DNA of 64,000 bases from Malacoraja senta (lineage: Eukaryota): assembly GCA_038087875.1 (NCBI GenBank), contig CM075999.1, positions 3,288,001 to 3,352,000 of the forward strand, in the 5' to 3' direction. Within the stretch, counting starts at the first letter, position 1, and every line of letters starts with the position of its first letter. This document shows positions 63,537 through 64,000 of this stretch, piece after piece. A program made the position numbers and the translations under genes. The notes beneath the pieces are model-generated. The model worked only from the letters and a program-made list of their open reading frames with translations. It was not told the origin of the DNA and did not search any database.

Positions 63537-64000
63537 CATGCTGAAAACTTGCACCAGTAGAGCATCCTCGTTATAGCACAGTGGAACTAACTAGGCAACA
63601 CAGATGTGAAGGGGGCTTTGGGAAAAGATTCTGTGCATCCATCAGTTCAGAAGGTCATGTGATAGTAGTAGAATTAGGCCATTCGGCCCATCAAGTCTAC
63701 TCCGCCATTTGGTCATGGCTGATCTATCTCTTTCTACCAACCCCATTCTCCTGCCTTCTCCCCATGTCCTCTGACATCCGCACTAATCTGTGGAATTCTC
63801 TGCCTCAGAAGGTGGTGGAGGCAGGTTCTCTGGATACTTTCAAGAGAGAGCTGGAAAGGGCTCTTAAAGATAGCGGAGTCAGGGGATATGGGGAGAAGGC
63901 AGGAACGGGGTACTGATTGTGGATGATCAGCCATGATCACATTGAATGGCGGTGCTGACTCGAAGGGCCGAATGGCCTACTCCTGCACCTATTGTCTATT

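Overview
Vertebrate genomic DNA, most likely a cartilaginous fish (skate or ray), judged from HE1-like V-SINEs and HER1/CR1 LINEs. The only recognisable host gene is the 3' part of a sestrin (SESN2-like) on the + strand: 8 coding exons at 5108-14564 encoding 432 aa. Its first exons lie upstream of the window, it has one GC-AG intron, and its probable long 3' UTR runs to about 18.6-19.2 kb. The rest is dense with transposons: CR1/HER1, L2 and Rex1/Babar LINE fragments, tRNA-derived V-SINEs, Penelope-like remnants, a Tc1 relic, Harbinger-like and P/hAT-like MITEs, simple repeats and a 200-N gap. Two candidate self-cleaving RNA systems stand out. (1) A roughly 130-140 bp retroposon (3 copies) whose 5' end folds by hand into a minimal HDV/CPEB3-like ribozyme; one copy lies in sense orientation in the last sestrin intron. 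(2) Many short, TSD-flanked, Penelope-derived inverted-repeat insertions carrying a minimal hammerhead motif (CTGAnGA-A-GGGT-CTCG-ACCC-GAAAC-GTC), which have also seeded a dispersed 66-bp minisatellite. All structures were read by eye; repeat boundaries are approximate and ribozyme activity is untested.
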